NCBI GenBank assembly: GCA_945900775.1
Contig: CAMDJP010000001.1
Span: forward strand, 11,168-75,167
Reading direction: 5' to 3'
DNA: 64,000 nt
Origin: Akkermansia muciniphila
GTDB taxonomy: Bacteria; Verrucomicrobiota; Verrucomicrobiia; Limisphaerales; SIAT01
In this document: positions 1 to 10,666 of the stretch, one piece after another
How positions within the stretch are numbered: the stretch's first letter is position 1
How the letters are laid out: every line of letters begins with the position of its first letter
Notes under the pieces: model-generated
Database searches by the model: none
Seen by the model: the letters and a program-made list of their open reading frames with translations, nothing else
Told to the model about the DNA's origin: nothing
Position numbers and translations under genes: made by a program

Positions 1-1499
1 AGGCCGTGTTTGTTCGGCGTGTCACGCTCGATATCGCCGGCCGCATCCCGACGGTGGATGAAGTGAAGGCGTATCTCGCGTCGAAGGATCCAAAGAAGAA
101 AGAGAAAGTGGTCGACGAGTTGCTCGCTTCGCCGAGTTTCGTGCGCCACCAATCAACCGAACTAGCATGGCTCTTACTCGATGGCACCGGTAAGGGTGCT
201 GGTAAAAGCGGAGGAAAAAAAGGTGGCCAGGCCTCCGCGAATTTTGACGAATACGTCACTCGTACTGTCGCGACGAACCGGCGTTGGGATCAGGTTTTCA
301 AGGATATCATTCTTGCCGACGACGCCACCGCTGAATCCAACGGCGCCTCCGCTTTTCTGCGCGAGAAAATCAAGGATCAGGATCGTCTCGTGACCGATGT
401 CAGTTCACGCTTCTTCGGTGTGAACATCAGTTGTGCTCAGTGCCACGATCATCCACTCGTGCCTTCTTGGAAGCAGGACCACTACTACGGGATGAAGTCG
501 TTTTTTAGTCGCACGTTTGAGAATGGCGATTTCCTCGCCGAACGCGATTACGGCACGATTAGTTTCAAGCCAAACAAAGGCGACGGCAGCAAAGCGGTCA
601 GGCCGATGTTTCTCGGAGGCCCGCCCATTACCGAACCAGAGATGGCGGAGTTGAACGAGGGTCAAAAGAAGGAGGAGAAGAAGTTGCACGACGAGGCGAA
701 GAGTAAAAAAGAGCCGCTGCCGCCGCCTTCTTTCAGTCGCCGCGCCAAGCTAATCGAAGAGGGATTGAAGGCCGGACACGAAGGTTTCTTCTCCCGCTCC
801 ATCGCGAATCAACTGTGGAATCGTTTCTTCGGGCGCGGGTTGGTGGTGCCGCTGGATCAGATGCACGGTCAAAACGCACCTAGCCATCCCGAATTGCTGC
901 AGTGGCTCGCGCGCGATTTGGTGAAGCATGACTACGACCTACGCCGCCTCATCCGGGGACTCGTGCTCAGCGACGGGTACGCACGATCGAGTCGGTGGAG
1001 TAATTCCGTACGCCCCGATCCCGCGTTATTCGCCACGGGAATTCCGCGGGCACTCACGCCGGCGCAGTTTGGTGCATCATTGCAATTCGCAGCGACGGAA
1101 CCTGACACGTTCAAGCCCGGTCTCACGCCGGAAGAAAAACAGAAAGCGATTGAGCGTCTCGAAAAAACGGGGCAGGGAATGGCGAGTCTCTTTGAGCGTC
1201 CGGCTGATGACTTTCAAGTCGGCGTGGACGAGGCGCTGTTGTTCAGCAACAGTGACCGTATTCAGCGCGAACTTCTCGCCGATGGCGGTGGTCGCCTTGT
1301 CAAGCACATGGTCACACTCAAAGATCGCCATGCACAAGTGGAGGCGGTTGTTTGGAATGTGCTTTCACGACCGGCCGAGTTGGCTGAAATCAAACTGCTC
1401 AGCGACTATCTAGAGAAACGGCAGGAGCGTCCGATCGCAGCCTTGCAGCAGGTTGTTTGGTCGCTGATGACCTCCACGGAGTTTCGTTTCAACCATTAA
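1..1499 (+). CDS. DUF1549/DUF1553 (PSD1-type) domain protein, 5'-truncated by the window
   Basis: FVRRVTLDIAGRIPT, CAQCHDHP, RFFGRGLV and PSHPELLQWLA motifs typical of PVC DUF1549/1553 proteins; frame open to the window edge. Confidence 0.85.
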   Translation, partial: AVFVRRVTLDIAGRIPTVDEVKAYLASKDPKKKEKVVDELLASPSFVRHQSTELAWLLLDGTGKGAGKSGGKKGGQASANFDEYVTRTVATNRRWDQVFKDIILADDATAESNGASAFLREKIKDQDRLVTDVSSRFFGVNISCAQCHDHPLVPSWKQDHYYGMKSFFSRTFENGDFLAERDYGTISFKPNKGDGSKAVRPMFLGGPPITEPEMAELNEGQKKEEKKLHDEAKSKKEPLPPPSFSRRAKLIEEGLKAGHEGFFSRSIANQLWNRFFGRGLVVPLDQMHGQNAPSHPELLQWLARDLVKHDYDLRRLIRGLVLSDGYARSSRWSNSVRPDPALFATGIPRALTPAQFGASLQFAATEPDTFKPGLTPEEKQKAIERLEKTGQGMASLFERPADDFQVGVDEALLFSNSDRIQRELLADGGGRLVKHMVTLKDRHAQVEAVVWNVLSRPAELAEIKLLSDYLEKRQERPIAALQQVVWSLMTSTEFRFNH

Positions 1500-1573
1500 T
1501 GAACTAGGTTAAAAAACAGTAAATAGCCTGTGTAACCGATGCGTCGAATGCATGGTTATTTAATGAAAAAGCC

Positions 1574-2878
1574 ATGAGTGCCAAAAACACATTCTGCGGT
1601 TCCATCGAACACGGAATAACTCGGCGCGCCTTTCTCAGCCGCGTCGGCGTCGGGTCTGCCTTGCTTGGCACCAGCGGTGCCGTTCACACGTTTGCGGAAG
1701 AGGGTCTCACTCAGGCGCTCAAAGCCAGCGGCAAGCGGGTCATTCTGCTCTGGCTTGCGGGTGGCGCGAGCCAGATTGAGACGTGGGATCCGAAACCGGG
1801 TCGGCCGACCGGCGGCCCGTTTGCGGCGATTCCCACCAGCGTCCCCGGCGTGCACATCTGCGAATTGATGCCGGAGATGGCGAAGCGAATGAAGGATCTT
1901 ACCATCATCCGCTCGCTCAATTCTCGGAATGCCGATCACGGCGGCGGCGCGGTGTTGATGATGCGCGGTCGCCAGGATGAGCCTACGGTAAAGTATCCTG
2001 ACCTCGGGGCGATTCTGGCCAAGGAACACGGTCGAGCCGACAGCAAGGTGCCCGATTACATCTCGCTCTACACGGCGGCTGAGGGGCGGGATTTTTCGCG
2101 TGTCAGTTCAGGGTTTCTCGGTGCGCGCTTCAACCCGATGAAGCTAGGAGAAAGCATGACGCCGCCGAATATGAAGCGGCTCGATTCCATCAGCGATGTG
2201 GATCATCACTCGCGCGCGGAGCTGCAGGAGATGTTGAACCGCCAATTCATCGGCGGTCGCGAGCTGTCTTCCACCAAGAGTCACGCGAATGCCTACGCGC
2301 GCGTCCACGGCTTGATGAGCAGCGAACAACTCTTCGACATTTCGAAGGAGCCGGAGCACGTGAAGAAGATGTACGGGCCGACGCTGTTCGGTCAGCAGAC
2401 GCTGATGGCTCGGCGAATGGTGGAGGCAGGCGTCCCGTTTGTGCGCGTCGCTCGGGCGTGGTGGGACAGTCACGGCCAAAACTTTGAAACGCACCAGGAG
2501 ATGGTGCCCGAATTAGATCGCGTGATGGCGGGGTTGATGGACGACCTGAAACAGCGCGGGATGCAGGACGACGTACTGGTGATTGCGATGGGCGAGTTCG
2601 GTCGTACGCCGACCATCAACTCAAGTCTTGGCCGCGATCATTTCGGCAGCGCGTGGAGCGTGGCAATGTTCGGCGGCAAGCTGAAGCGCGGCGTGGTTTA
2701 CGGAAAGACAGACAAAGACGGTAAGGAAGTCGCCGAGAATCAGGTCGGTGCAGGCAACGTTTTTGCGACCATTCTTGAAGCTGCAGGTATTCGGCACGAC
2801 AAAGAGTATCACGTCGGCGCACGGCCGATTCCGCTGGTTAATCCCGGCATCAAACCGATCAAAGACGTTCTGGCCTAA
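1574..2878 (+). CDS. DUF1501 domain protein with Tat signal
   Basis: TRRAFL twin-arginine signal; WLAGGASQIETWDPKP, WDSH, MGEFGRTP and GRDH motifs. Confidence 0.9.
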   Translation: MSAKNTFCGSIEHGITRRAFLSRVGVGSALLGTSGAVHTFAEEGLTQALKASGKRVILLWLAGGASQIETWDPKPGRPTGGPFAAIPTSVPGVHICELMPEMAKRMKDLTIIRSLNSRNADHGGGAVLMMRGRQDEPTVKYPDLGAILAKEHGRADSKVPDYISLYTAAEGRDFSRVSSGFLGARFNPMKLGESMTPPNMKRLDSISDVDHHSRAELQEMLNRQFIGGRELSSTKSHANAYARVHGLMSSEQLFDISKEPEHVKKMYGPTLFGQQTLMARRMVEAGVPFVRVARAWWDSHGQNFETHQEMVPELDRVMAGLMDDLKQRGMQDDVLVIAMGEFGRTPTINSSLGRDHFGSAWSVAMFGGKLKRGVVYGKTDKDGKEVAENQVGAGNVFATILEAAGIRHDKEYHVGARPIPLVNPGIKPIKDVLA

Positions 2879-2892
2879 ACCGAAAATCTCTC

Positions 2893-3894
2893 ATGCCCGC
2901 AGACCCGTTTAAATTCAAGCAGACGAAAGAAATCAGCCGGAAAGACATTCTGCTCAGCGTTGCATGCGAACCGGAGTCGACCCGTCTGTTCGTGGGCAGT
3001 TCCGATTCGAATGTGCATGTGATCGATTTCGCTGCCGAAAAAGCAGAGCCGATTGCGCTCGATGGGCATTCAGGTTACGTGACCGGCGTCGCCATCTCAG
3101 GCGCGTTTATTGTCTCCGGCGCGTACGATGGGAAACTTATCTGGCGCGACCGAAAAACACTCAAGGCCGATCGCACCCACAAGGCCCACGACAAATGGAT
3201 TCGGGCCGTTGAGGCGTCTCCTGATGGTAAGCTTATCGCGAGTGTGGCGGATGACATGATCTGCCGTGTTTGGGACGTGACCAGTGGCAAAATGAAGCAT
3301 GAGTTGCGGGGGCACGAGTTGATGACCCCTAGTCATTTCAACTCGATGCTATATGCGTGCGCCTTCTCGACTGATGGCTCGTATCTTGCAACCGGCGACA
3401 AGGTCGGTCACATCGTTGTGTGGGACATGTCCAGCGGCAAGTCGGTGAAAACGATGGAATCGCCCGGCATGTACACATGGGATCCCCGCGCCCGCATTCA
3501 CTCCATCGGCGGTATCCGGTCCCTGGCGTTTTCGCCGGATAACTCCGTGCTCGCCGTCGGCGGAATGGGGAAGGTCGGCAACATTGACCACCTCGAAGGC
3601 AAGGCGCGACTCGAGCTTTTCGATTGGCGAGCGGAGAAATCGGTCCAAGTTGTCGAATGTGACAAAACCAAGGGATTAATCACGCGTCTGGCATTTCATC
3701 CGAAGAATGACTGGCTTGTCGGCGCGGGCGGTGACTCCAAAGGTGCCTTGGTTTTCTTCGATACAGCTGGAAAGAAAACGTTGCGTGAAGAATCCGTGGC
3801 GGCGCACGTGCATAAATTTGCCGCGACCGACTCGATGGACCGCCTCTATCTCGCGAGCCACAACAAGCTCTCGATCTGGGAATTGTCCGCCTGA
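2893..3894 (+). CDS. WD40 repeat protein
   Basis: Repeated GH/AH...WD units (GHSGYV, AHDKWIR, RVWD, VVWD). Confidence 0.85.
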   Translation: MPADPFKFKQTKEISRKDILLSVACEPESTRLFVGSSDSNVHVIDFAAEKAEPIALDGHSGYVTGVAISGAFIVSGAYDGKLIWRDRKTLKADRTHKAHDKWIRAVEASPDGKLIASVADDMICRVWDVTSGKMKHELRGHELMTPSHFNSMLYACAFSTDGSYLATGDKVGHIVVWDMSSGKSVKTMESPGMYTWDPRARIHSIGGIRSLAFSPDNSVLAVGGMGKVGNIDHLEGKARLELFDWRAEKSVQVVECDKTKGLITRLAFHPKNDWLVGAGGDSKGALVFFDTAGKKTLREESVAAHVHKFAATDSMDRLYLASHNKLSIWELSA

Positions 3895-3943
3895 CAATTC
3901 TGCTGCCTAGCTTCGGCTTTTTCGAAGTCGAACGGGTGACGCA

Positions 3944-4918
3944 ATGAAAAAAGATTCGCGCAGATTTCTCTTCTCACAGCATGACGCGCCAATCCTTGTT
4001 GTGCGAGGCGGCGCAATCGGCGATTTCATTCTCACGTTGCCGGTATTGTCGGCACTGCGCCTGAATTTCCCTAATGCACGAATAGAGCTTCTAGCTCGTG
4101 CTCGAACTGCACCGTTGGCTATCGCTGGAGTTTTGGCCGATAATTGGCGTGATCTCGAGGGGCGTGAAGTGTCGGGTCTTTTTGTACCGAAAGGTGAAAT
4201 CACACCGTCCCTGCGTGAGTGGCTCGGACGATTCGCGCTGGTTATCTCTTACGTGCCGGATCCCGAAGGTGTGCTTCTCACGAATCTCTCGCGCTTCTGT
4301 CCTGCGCGCGTTTTCAGTGGACCTTCGCGCCCTGATGAAACGCAGTCGCAGCACGCGACTGAACAGTTCCTTGAACCGCTTCGCGCCATTGGCATCAAAG
4401 AGTTCGCGCTAGTACCGCGCTTAGGAGGCAGTCTTCGTTGTGAAAGCGTGAGGAATCGGAGTGCTGGATTAACGTTGGCGATGCACCCGGGAAGTGGTGG
4501 CGAAAAGAAGAATTGGTCAGAGGCGCGATGGAGCGAGTTGCTCGCAGGATTAAGTCACGAAACAGATTGGAATTTTCTGCTCGTTGGAGGTGAAGCTGAG
4601 CGGGGCAAGTTAGCGCGTCTCGCGGGACAGTTGCCCTCATCGCGTTTCGACTTGGCCGAAAATCTGCCGCTGACGGAATTGGCCATGCGATTGCATTCCT
4701 GCGATTTCTTCCTCGGACATGACTCGGGAATCACTCACTTGGCGTCGGCTCTTGGCTTGCCCGGACTCGTGTTGTGGGGTGATACGAATGCGACGGTGTG
4801 GCGACCATTGGGCGGCCGAATGGAAATCCTCCGCGAGGAGGGCGGCCTAGTTGCGTTGAGCGTGGAAAAGGTCTTTCGGGAACTGCGTCGCTCGGCTCAT
4901 TTCGCGCCGATGGCGTAG
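3944..4918 (+). CDS. Glycosyltransferase family 9 (heptosyltransferase-like)
   Basis: GAIGDFIL, HPGSG..KKNW and GHDSGITHLA motifs. Confidence 0.85.
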   Translation: MKKDSRRFLFSQHDAPILVVRGGAIGDFILTLPVLSALRLNFPNARIELLARARTAPLAIAGVLADNWRDLEGREVSGLFVPKGEITPSLREWLGRFALVISYVPDPEGVLLTNLSRFCPARVFSGPSRPDETQSQHATEQFLEPLRAIGIKEFALVPRLGGSLRCESVRNRSAGLTLAMHPGSGGEKKNWSEARWSELLAGLSHETDWNFLLVGGEAERGKLARLAGQLPSSRFDLAENLPLTELAMRLHSCDFFLGHDSGITHLASALGLPGLVLWGDTNATVWRPLGGRMEILREEGGLVALSVEKVFRELRRSAHFAPMA

Positions 4919-6147
4919 AGAGCATCGTAACCGCGCAGGTAGAGTCGACCATTGGCGACCGCAGTCGACGCAGTGATTTCATCAGGCAGCTTATTGGTCG
5001 CGAGAAGTTCGAAGGTTGGCCCCGCTTTGACGACGCTCACGGTACCGTCGGCGGCGGTGAGATAGATTTTCCCATCGGCTCCGAGCGGCGAGGCGCGGTG
5101 CTTCTGGTTGTGCGTGCGCTGGGAGTAATGCGCTTTGCCAGTTTTGCTGTCGAGGCAGGTGAGCACGCCATTCTCTTTGCAGAGGTAAACCTCGTTGCCA
5201 TACACGAGCGGTGAAGGGACATCGGGCGTTCCGGAATCGAGCCGCCACTGTTCGCCGGGGGAGCCGGCCTTCAACAAGCCGGTCGCGCTGGGCTTCACGG
5301 CGACTACACCGCGATTTTTCGCAGTCGGAACGATGATGAGTCCAGCCACGGCGACAGGAGAAGCGACAAAGCGCAATGTACTGTTGTAATTGTCTTTCGG
5401 ATTCAAATCGCCAAGACGCCAGATTTCCTTGCCGTCCTTCAAGTCGTGGGCCACGGCGTAATCATTTCCGTGCGTAATGAGATGGGCGCGCTTGCCATCG
5501 TTCCAGAGGCAGGCACTGGCGTAGGAATGCTCACACTCGGCGCGGCCGTCGCTAGGGCGCTCGACGTTCCAGACGGTGTTCCCGGTAGCGCTATCGAGGG
5601 CGACGACGCGGCCGCCGCCGGCGTGGATGAGCTGCAGATAAAGCCGGCCCTGATGAAGGAGCGAGGTGGCGTGGAAGCCGAAGCCGTAACGGAACTTGCC
5701 GAACTTTTCCTGCACGTTCACTCGCCAGATTTCCTTCCCAGAGAAATCAGAGGCGGCAAATTCACCCGCGCCTGTAAGGGTGTACACGCGGTGGCCGTCG
5801 GTGCTGGGCGAGGGCGATGCGCCGTTACCTTCCCGCTTGCCGCCCTTCTCGATACCAAGCGGCTGTCGCCAGAGTTCTTTTCCCGCCGTGCTGACGCAGA
5901 TGAGGACGATTTCGCCCGGTGCGGCGCTGGTGATGAAAATCTTATCGCCCCACACGGCGGGCGTGCTCGATCCGGCTCCGGGAAGTGGGAGCTTCCAGAG
6001 GATGTTCTCGGTGGCGCTCCACTTGGTGGGGAGGTTGACCTCGGTGCTGATGCCGTCGTGGGTCGGCCCTCGCCAATTCGGCCAGTTCTCAGCGGCAGCG
6101 AGGAAAGGAATCGCGCAAGCGAGAAGGGAGGCAAAAACGGATTTCAT
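4897..6147 (-). CDS. Exported PQQ-binding-like beta-propeller protein
   Basis: Signal peptide followed by ENWPNWRGP; repeated SSP/W beta-propeller blades; ATG at 6147 preferred. Confidence 0.85.
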   Translation of the reverse strand: MKSVFASLLACAIPFLAAAENWPNWRGPTHDGISTEVNLPTKWSATENILWKLPLPGAGSSTPAVWGDKIFITSAAPGEIVLICVSTAGKELWRQPLGIEKGGKREGNGASPSPSTDGHRVYTLTGAGEFAASDFSGKEIWRVNVQEKFGKFRYGFGFHATSLLHQGRLYLQLIHAGGGRVVALDSATGNTVWNVERPSDGRAECEHSYASACLWNDGKRAHLITHGNDYAVAHDLKDGKEIWRLGDLNPKDNYNSTLRFVASPVAVAGLIIVPTAKNRGVVAVKPSATGLLKAGSPGEQWRLDSGTPDVPSPLVYGNEVYLCKENGVLTCLDSKTGKAHYSQRTHNQKHRASPLGADGKIYLTAADGTVSVVKAGPTFELLATNKLPDEITASTAVANGRLYLRGYDALYAIGAK

Positions 6148-6227
6148 GCCGCGAAGGCTGCCATCTGCGATGCCGACAGACAATCTCTATTCAGAGCAGC
6201 GACCGCGATAAAAGGCAGAGGCGCCGC

Positions 6228-7769
6228 TCACTCCCACTCGATGGTTCCGGGCGGCTTGCTGGTGATGTCGAACACGCAGCGGTTGACACCCTTCACCTCA
6301 TTGATAATCCGGCTGGAAAGCTTCTCGAGGAGCGGGTAGGGGAGCTTCACCCAGTCGGCGGTCATGCCGTCTTGCGACTCGACGGCGCGGATGGCGAGTG
6401 TGTAGTCGTACGTGCGCTCGTCGCCCATGACTCCGACGCTTTTGCAGGGGAGCAGAACGGCGAAGCTCTGCCAAATCTTGTAGTAGAGGCCGCTCGCCTT
6501 CATCTCCTCGACGACGATTGCGTCGGCGTTGCGGAGGATGGCGCACTTGGCCTCGGTGACTTCGCCCAGGATGCGGACGGCGAGGCCGGGACCGGGGAAC
6601 GGCTGGCGGTAGACGATTTCCTTGGGGAGGCCGAGCTCGAGCCCGAGCTGCCGGACCTCGTCCTTGAAGAGGCGGGCGAGCGGCTCGACGAGCTTGAACT
6701 TCATGTTCTTTGGCAGGCCGCCAACGTTGTGGTGGCTCTTGATCATCGCCGCTGGGTTGCCGGCAATCGGGATGGACTCGATGACATCCGGGTAGAGCGT
6801 CCCTTGTGCGAGAAACTTGGACTTGCCGGCTCGCTTGGTGGCGGCTTGGAAGACGTCGATGAAGGCCTTGCCAATGACCTTGCGCTTCCGCTCGGGGTCG
6901 GTGACGCCCTTGAGCTTCCTGAGGAAGAGAGCGGAGGCGTCCTCGTACTGGAGCTTCACCTTGAAGTTTCTGCCAAAGACCTCTTGGACGACCGCGGCTT
7001 CATGGGCACGCAGTAGGCCGTTATTGACGAAGATACAAGTGAGTTGGTCGCCAATGGCCTTGTGGATGAGTGCGGCGGCGACGGACGAGTCGACTCCCCC
7101 GGAGAGACCAAGAATGACGCGCTCGGAGCCGACTTGTGCGCGGATCTCCTCGACGGCCTGCTCGACATAGCTGCGCATCGTCCAGCTCTTGCCGCAGCCG
7201 CAGACGCCGTGGACAAAGTTGGCGAGGACCTCTTTGCCGCGAGGGGAGTGGACGACCTCTGGGTGAAACTGAAGGCCGAAGAATTTACGCGCGTGGTCCT
7301 CGATGGCGGCGTACTCACTATTCTCGGTGGTGGCGACCGAGACGAAGCCCTTGGGGAGCTTGGTCAGCTTATCACCGTGGGAGTTCCAGACCTGGAGCGA
7401 GTCGGGGAGCTTGCGGAAGAGAGCGCACGAAGCGTCCTTCACCGTGAGCGTCCCCTTGCCGTACTCGCGCTTGAGGCCCTTCTCCACGCGGCCGCCGAGG
7501 AAGTGGGCCAGGAGTTGGACGCCGTAACAGATACCGAGGACAGGGACGCCGAAGGCGAAAATCCCCTTGTCGGGCATCGGGGCGCCCTTGGCGTAGACGC
7601 TGTTGGGCCCTCCGGAGAGAATGATGCCTTTGGGGGCGAGCCTGGCGATTTCAGCCGCCGGGGTGTTATACGGGAGGATGGTGGAGTACACGTTGCACTC
7701 GCGAATACGGCGCGCGATGACCTGGGTGTACTGCGATCCGAAATCAAGGATGATAATCTGCTCGTTCAT
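6228..7769 (-). CDS. guaA: GMP synthase (glutamine-hydrolysing)
   Basis: [39 protein letters not shown] and KPPGTIEWE motifs. Confidence 0.98.
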   Translation of the reverse strand: MNEQIIILDFGSQYTQVIARRIRECNVYSTILPYNTPAAEIARLAPKGIILSGGPNSVYAKGAPMPDKGIFAFGVPVLGICYGVQLLAHFLGGRVEKGLKREYGKGTLTVKDASCALFRKLPDSLQVWNSHGDKLTKLPKGFVSVATTENSEYAAIEDHARKFFGLQFHPEVVHSPRGKEVLANFVHGVCGCGKSWTMRSYVEQAVEEIRAQVGSERVILGLSGGVDSSVAAALIHKAIGDQLTCIFVNNGLLRAHEAAVVQEVFGRNFKVKLQYEDASALFLRKLKGVTDPERKRKVIGKAFIDVFQAATKRAGKSKFLAQGTLYPDVIESIPIAGNPAAMIKSHHNVGGLPKNMKFKLVEPLARLFKDEVRQLGLELGLPKEIVYRQPFPGPGLAVRILGEVTEAKCAILRNADAIVVEEMKASGLYYKIWQSFAVLLPCKSVGVMGDERTYDYTLAIRAVESQDGMTADWVKLPYPLLEKLSSRIINEVKGVNRCVFDITSKPPGTIEWE

Positions 7770-7836
7770 CTTAAAAAGAAGGCGGAGTCTTTGCCTGCGT
7801 GAATCGTTTTTGGCGAGGAAAAACTCAACCACCAGC

Positions 7837-8193
7837 TCACTGGTTGATGATTTGCACGGTGCCAGTGGCGGGAGTGTAGACGAGTCGTTGATTTGGTGGC
7901 AATGGGGGCAGAGCGGTGAGATACCCTTTGACGACGACTTCCTGAAGATCTTTTGGGTTACGCCCTTCTGCCGCAGAGAACTGCTGGATGGCCTCCGTAA
8001 TCTGCAGGAGGTTCAGTTTGCCGACAGCAGCTTTCTTGCCTTTGTTCACCGCGCCAAGATAGTCCGTTGGCGCATTCAGCGGATTTTCGCCGAGCTTCGG
8101 TTCGGGCTTCGCTTTCGGGTTCTCGACGGACTTTTCACTGCAAGCGATGAAAGCCAATGCAATCAACGTAGCGAGGAGCGAACGGGACTTCAT
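7837..8193 (-). CDS. Small hypothetical lipoprotein
   Basis: MKSR + hydrophobic stretch + FIAC lipobox; co-oriented between degP and guaA. Confidence 0.7.
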   Translation of the reverse strand: MKSRSLLATLIALAFIACSEKSVENPKAKPEPKLGENPLNAPTDYLGAVNKGKKAAVGKLNLLQITEAIQQFSAAEGRNPKDLQEVVVKGYLTALPPLPPNQRLVYTPATGTVQIINQ

Positions 8194-8229
8194 GCGTGCA
8201 GTGTGGCGGAAGGTGGATTGGCAGCACCG

Positions 8230-9762
8230 CTATTCGCCGCCTTCGCGGAGTACCTCGAGCTTTGTGCCACCCTTCTGGACGAGGTTCAGCAGGACGCCTT
8301 TCTTCGGGTTCGCGTCGGTGAAGGCGTCGTTGAACTCGTTCACGTTGACGATTTTCTTTTGGTTCACCTCGGTGATGAGATCGCCGAGCTTGATACCGCG
8401 GGCCTCTGCGGAGCTCTTCGGGGTCACGGCCGTGACGACGACGCCGACGGTGGTCTTGAGTTTAAATTTCTCCGCGAGGGTCGGCGTGATGTTCTCGACG
8501 GTGAGGCCGAGGCTCTTCGAAATATTTACGCTGGCTGGTTGGCTCTCGGTTTTTTTGGCTGGGGGCGGAGTTCCTCCTTGCTTGGGTGCCGGCGGGGCGG
8601 GCTTGCTGGAAACCTCACTGCCGTCCGGCCACGCCTCGGGCTTAATCTTCACCTTGATGTTTTTCCCGTTGCGATTGATATCGAGTGTCACGTCGGTGCC
8701 GATGCCTTTGGCGCGAACCTGATTGCGAAGTTGTTGAGAAGAGGCGACAGCCTTGCCGTCCACGGCGGTAATGACGTCGAACGGCTTGAGGTCAGCCTTG
8801 GCTCCGGGGCCGCTGGGGTCGATTTCCTTCACCACCACGCCGTCGGTGACGCCGCGGACGAGGTTGCGGTACTCGGGATTCTCGCTCAGGCCTTGAATGT
8901 CGACGCCGAGCCACGGGCGAATCACCTTACCGTCGGCGATGATGCGTAGACCGATGTCCTTGGCGAAGTTCGACGGGATGGCGAAGCCGATGCCGGTGCC
9001 GATGCCGCGGATCAGAGTGTTGATGCCGATGACCTCGCCCTCGATGTTCACGAGCGGGCCACCGGAGTTGCCGGGGTTAATGGGCGCGTCGGTCTGGACG
9101 AAATCTTGATCCTGCATCGAAGGATCTTGAATGATGCGGTTGCGGCCCTTGGCGCTGACGTGGCCGATGGTGACGGTGTAATCGAGTCGAAACGGCGTGC
9201 CGACAGCTATGGCGAATTCGCCGACCCTCACCTTGTCCGAGTCAGCGAACTTGGCGGGCGTGAGGCCCGAGGCTTTGATCTTGATGACGGCGATGTCCGA
9301 CTGTGTGTCGATGCCGCGTAGTTCGGCCTCGAATTCCTTACCGTCCACGAAGGCGACCTTGATCTTGTCCGCACCCTCGACGACGTGGCGGTTGGTGAGG
9401 ATGTAGCCGTCCTCGCGCACGACGATGCCGGAGCCTTGCCTATCGAAGACGGGGTTGCGGCGCTGTTGGGGCACGGGCGCGGATTTCTTTTTCCGCATCT
9501 CCTCTTCCATCTGGTCACGGAACTGCTTGGGGAGGAACTCGAAGAGCGGGTTCTGCTGCGGTGCTTGGTTACGGGCAAAATCGGGCTTTTGCGCGACAGA
9601 GATGACGACCACCGACGGCGCGACCTTCTCAGCCACCTCGACGAAGGCTTGGTTAAGCTGGCGCGCGAGATTGAGCGCCGCGGAATCAGCCGCGTGCAGA
9701 GGGGCGGCGAACAACTGGGCGACAAAGATTGCTACCGATAACGAAGACCAGAGATGTTTCAT
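8230..9762 (-). CDS. degP: HtrA/DegP-family periplasmic serine protease with two PDZ domains
   Basis: GSGIVV..DGYILTNRHVV, DIAVIK and TDAPINPGNSGGPL triad motifs; signal peptide from ATG 9762. Confidence 0.93.
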   Translation of the reverse strand: MKHLWSSLSVAIFVAQLFAAPLHAADSAALNLARQLNQAFVEVAEKVAPSVVVISVAQKPDFARNQAPQQNPLFEFLPKQFRDQMEEEMRKKKSAPVPQQRRNPVFDRQGSGIVVREDGYILTNRHVVEGADKIKVAFVDGKEFEAELRGIDTQSDIAVIKIKASGLTPAKFADSDKVRVGEFAIAVGTPFRLDYTVTIGHVSAKGRNRIIQDPSMQDQDFVQTDAPINPGNSGGPLVNIEGEVIGINTLIRGIGTGIGFAIPSNFAKDIGLRIIADGKVIRPWLGVDIQGLSENPEYRNLVRGVTDGVVVKEIDPSGPGAKADLKPFDVITAVDGKAVASSQQLRNQVRAKGIGTDVTLDINRNGKNIKVKIKPEAWPDGSEVSSKPAPPAPKQGGTPPPAKKTESQPASVNISKSLGLTVENITPTLAEKFKLKTTVGVVVTAVTPKSSAEARGIKLGDLITEVNQKKIVNVNEFNDAFTDANPKKGVLLNLVQKGGTKLEVLREGGE

Positions 9763-9768
9763 AGGGGA

Positions 9769-9797
9769 ATGGTATGTCACGGACGGCACGGCGGCAA
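9769..9797 (-). promoter_or_regulatory. Putative sigma70 promoter of degP (TTGCCG-N17-TACCAT), 6 nt upstream of the ATG
   Basis: Read from the reverse complement. Confidence 0.5.
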
Positions 9798-9888
9798 ACA
9801 CAACGTTACGTTTATACGACAAGTTTCCTGTGACGCGCATTGACTTGTTTTTAGTTGCTCCCTACGGTTCCAGCAACTCGAAAAACGC

Positions 9889-10614
9889 ATGTTTCCCCTC
9901 GTTGAAAAGCTCCTAATTCTCCAAGATCGTGACCGCCAACTCATTCGCACCCGCGCCGAGTTGGCCGGCCTTGCCCACGAACGTCACAGCATCCAGACCC
10001 GTGCCGCCGAGGCTCAGACCGCTCTCACCGCCGCCCGCGAGCGCGTGAAGCATAACGAGTCCGACCGCAAGAAGCTCGAGTTGGATGCCCAAGCTCAGCA
10101 AGCCTCGATTGACAAGTACGCGGGCCAGCAGCTTCAGACGCGTAAGAACGAGGAATACAGCGCCTTGAGCGAGCAGATCGGCCACTGCAAGAAGGTCATC
10201 GCCCAACTGGAGGACCAGCAACTCGAGATCATGGAGCGCGGCGAGCAGTTGCAGAAAGAGACCGCCGCCGCCAACACCGTTTTCCAAGAGGCCAAGAAGC
10301 TGCTCGACGGCCAGTCCACGGCTATCGACGAGCGCGAGCGCAACCTCAAGCTGCAACTCGCAGACTATGAAATTCAGCGTGTCGCCGCAGGTGCCGAGGT
10401 GGATGAGGATGTCCGCACCCGGTACGAACGCTTACTTAAGACTAAGGGCGAGAACGTCATTGTCGGTGTCGCCAATGCGGTTTGTGGCGGTTGCCACATG
10501 ACGCTTCCCACTCAGGTCATCCTCTCCTGCAAAGCTGATTCCGAGATAAACTTCTGTCCCCACTGCAGCCGCGTGCTCTACTACACGCGCGACATGGAGA
10601 CGGTCCCCGCCTGA
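9889..10614 (+). CDS. Coiled-coil + C4 zinc-ribbon protein (DUF164; CT398/HP0958-like)
   Basis: Long coiled coil, then CGGCHM...CPHCSRVLY. Confidence 0.9.
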   Translation: MFPLVEKLLILQDRDRQLIRTRAELAGLAHERHSIQTRAAEAQTALTAARERVKHNESDRKKLELDAQAQQASIDKYAGQQLQTRKNEEYSALSEQIGHCKKVIAQLEDQQLEIMERGEQLQKETAAANTVFQEAKKLLDGQSTAIDERERNLKLQLADYEIQRVAAGAEVDEDVRTRYERLLKTKGENVIVGVANAVCGGCHMTLPTQVILSCKADSEINFCPHCSRVLYYTRDMETVPA

Positions 10615-10631
10615 CCGAGTGCACCCGCGCC

Positions 10632-10660
10632 TTGTCTTTCCCACCGTTCTCCCGTAGTGT
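10632..10660 (+). promoter_or_regulatory. Putative sigma70 promoter of rnpB (TTGTCT-N17-TAGTGT)
   Basis: Canonical spacing; -10 ends 6 nt before the P1 helix. Confidence 0.6.
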
Positions 10661-10666
10661 GACCTC

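Noticed and set aside
7603-8949. 448-aa + strand ORF
   Set aside because: Antisense shadow of guaA, the lipoprotein gene and degP; no motifs; expected in high-GC DNA.
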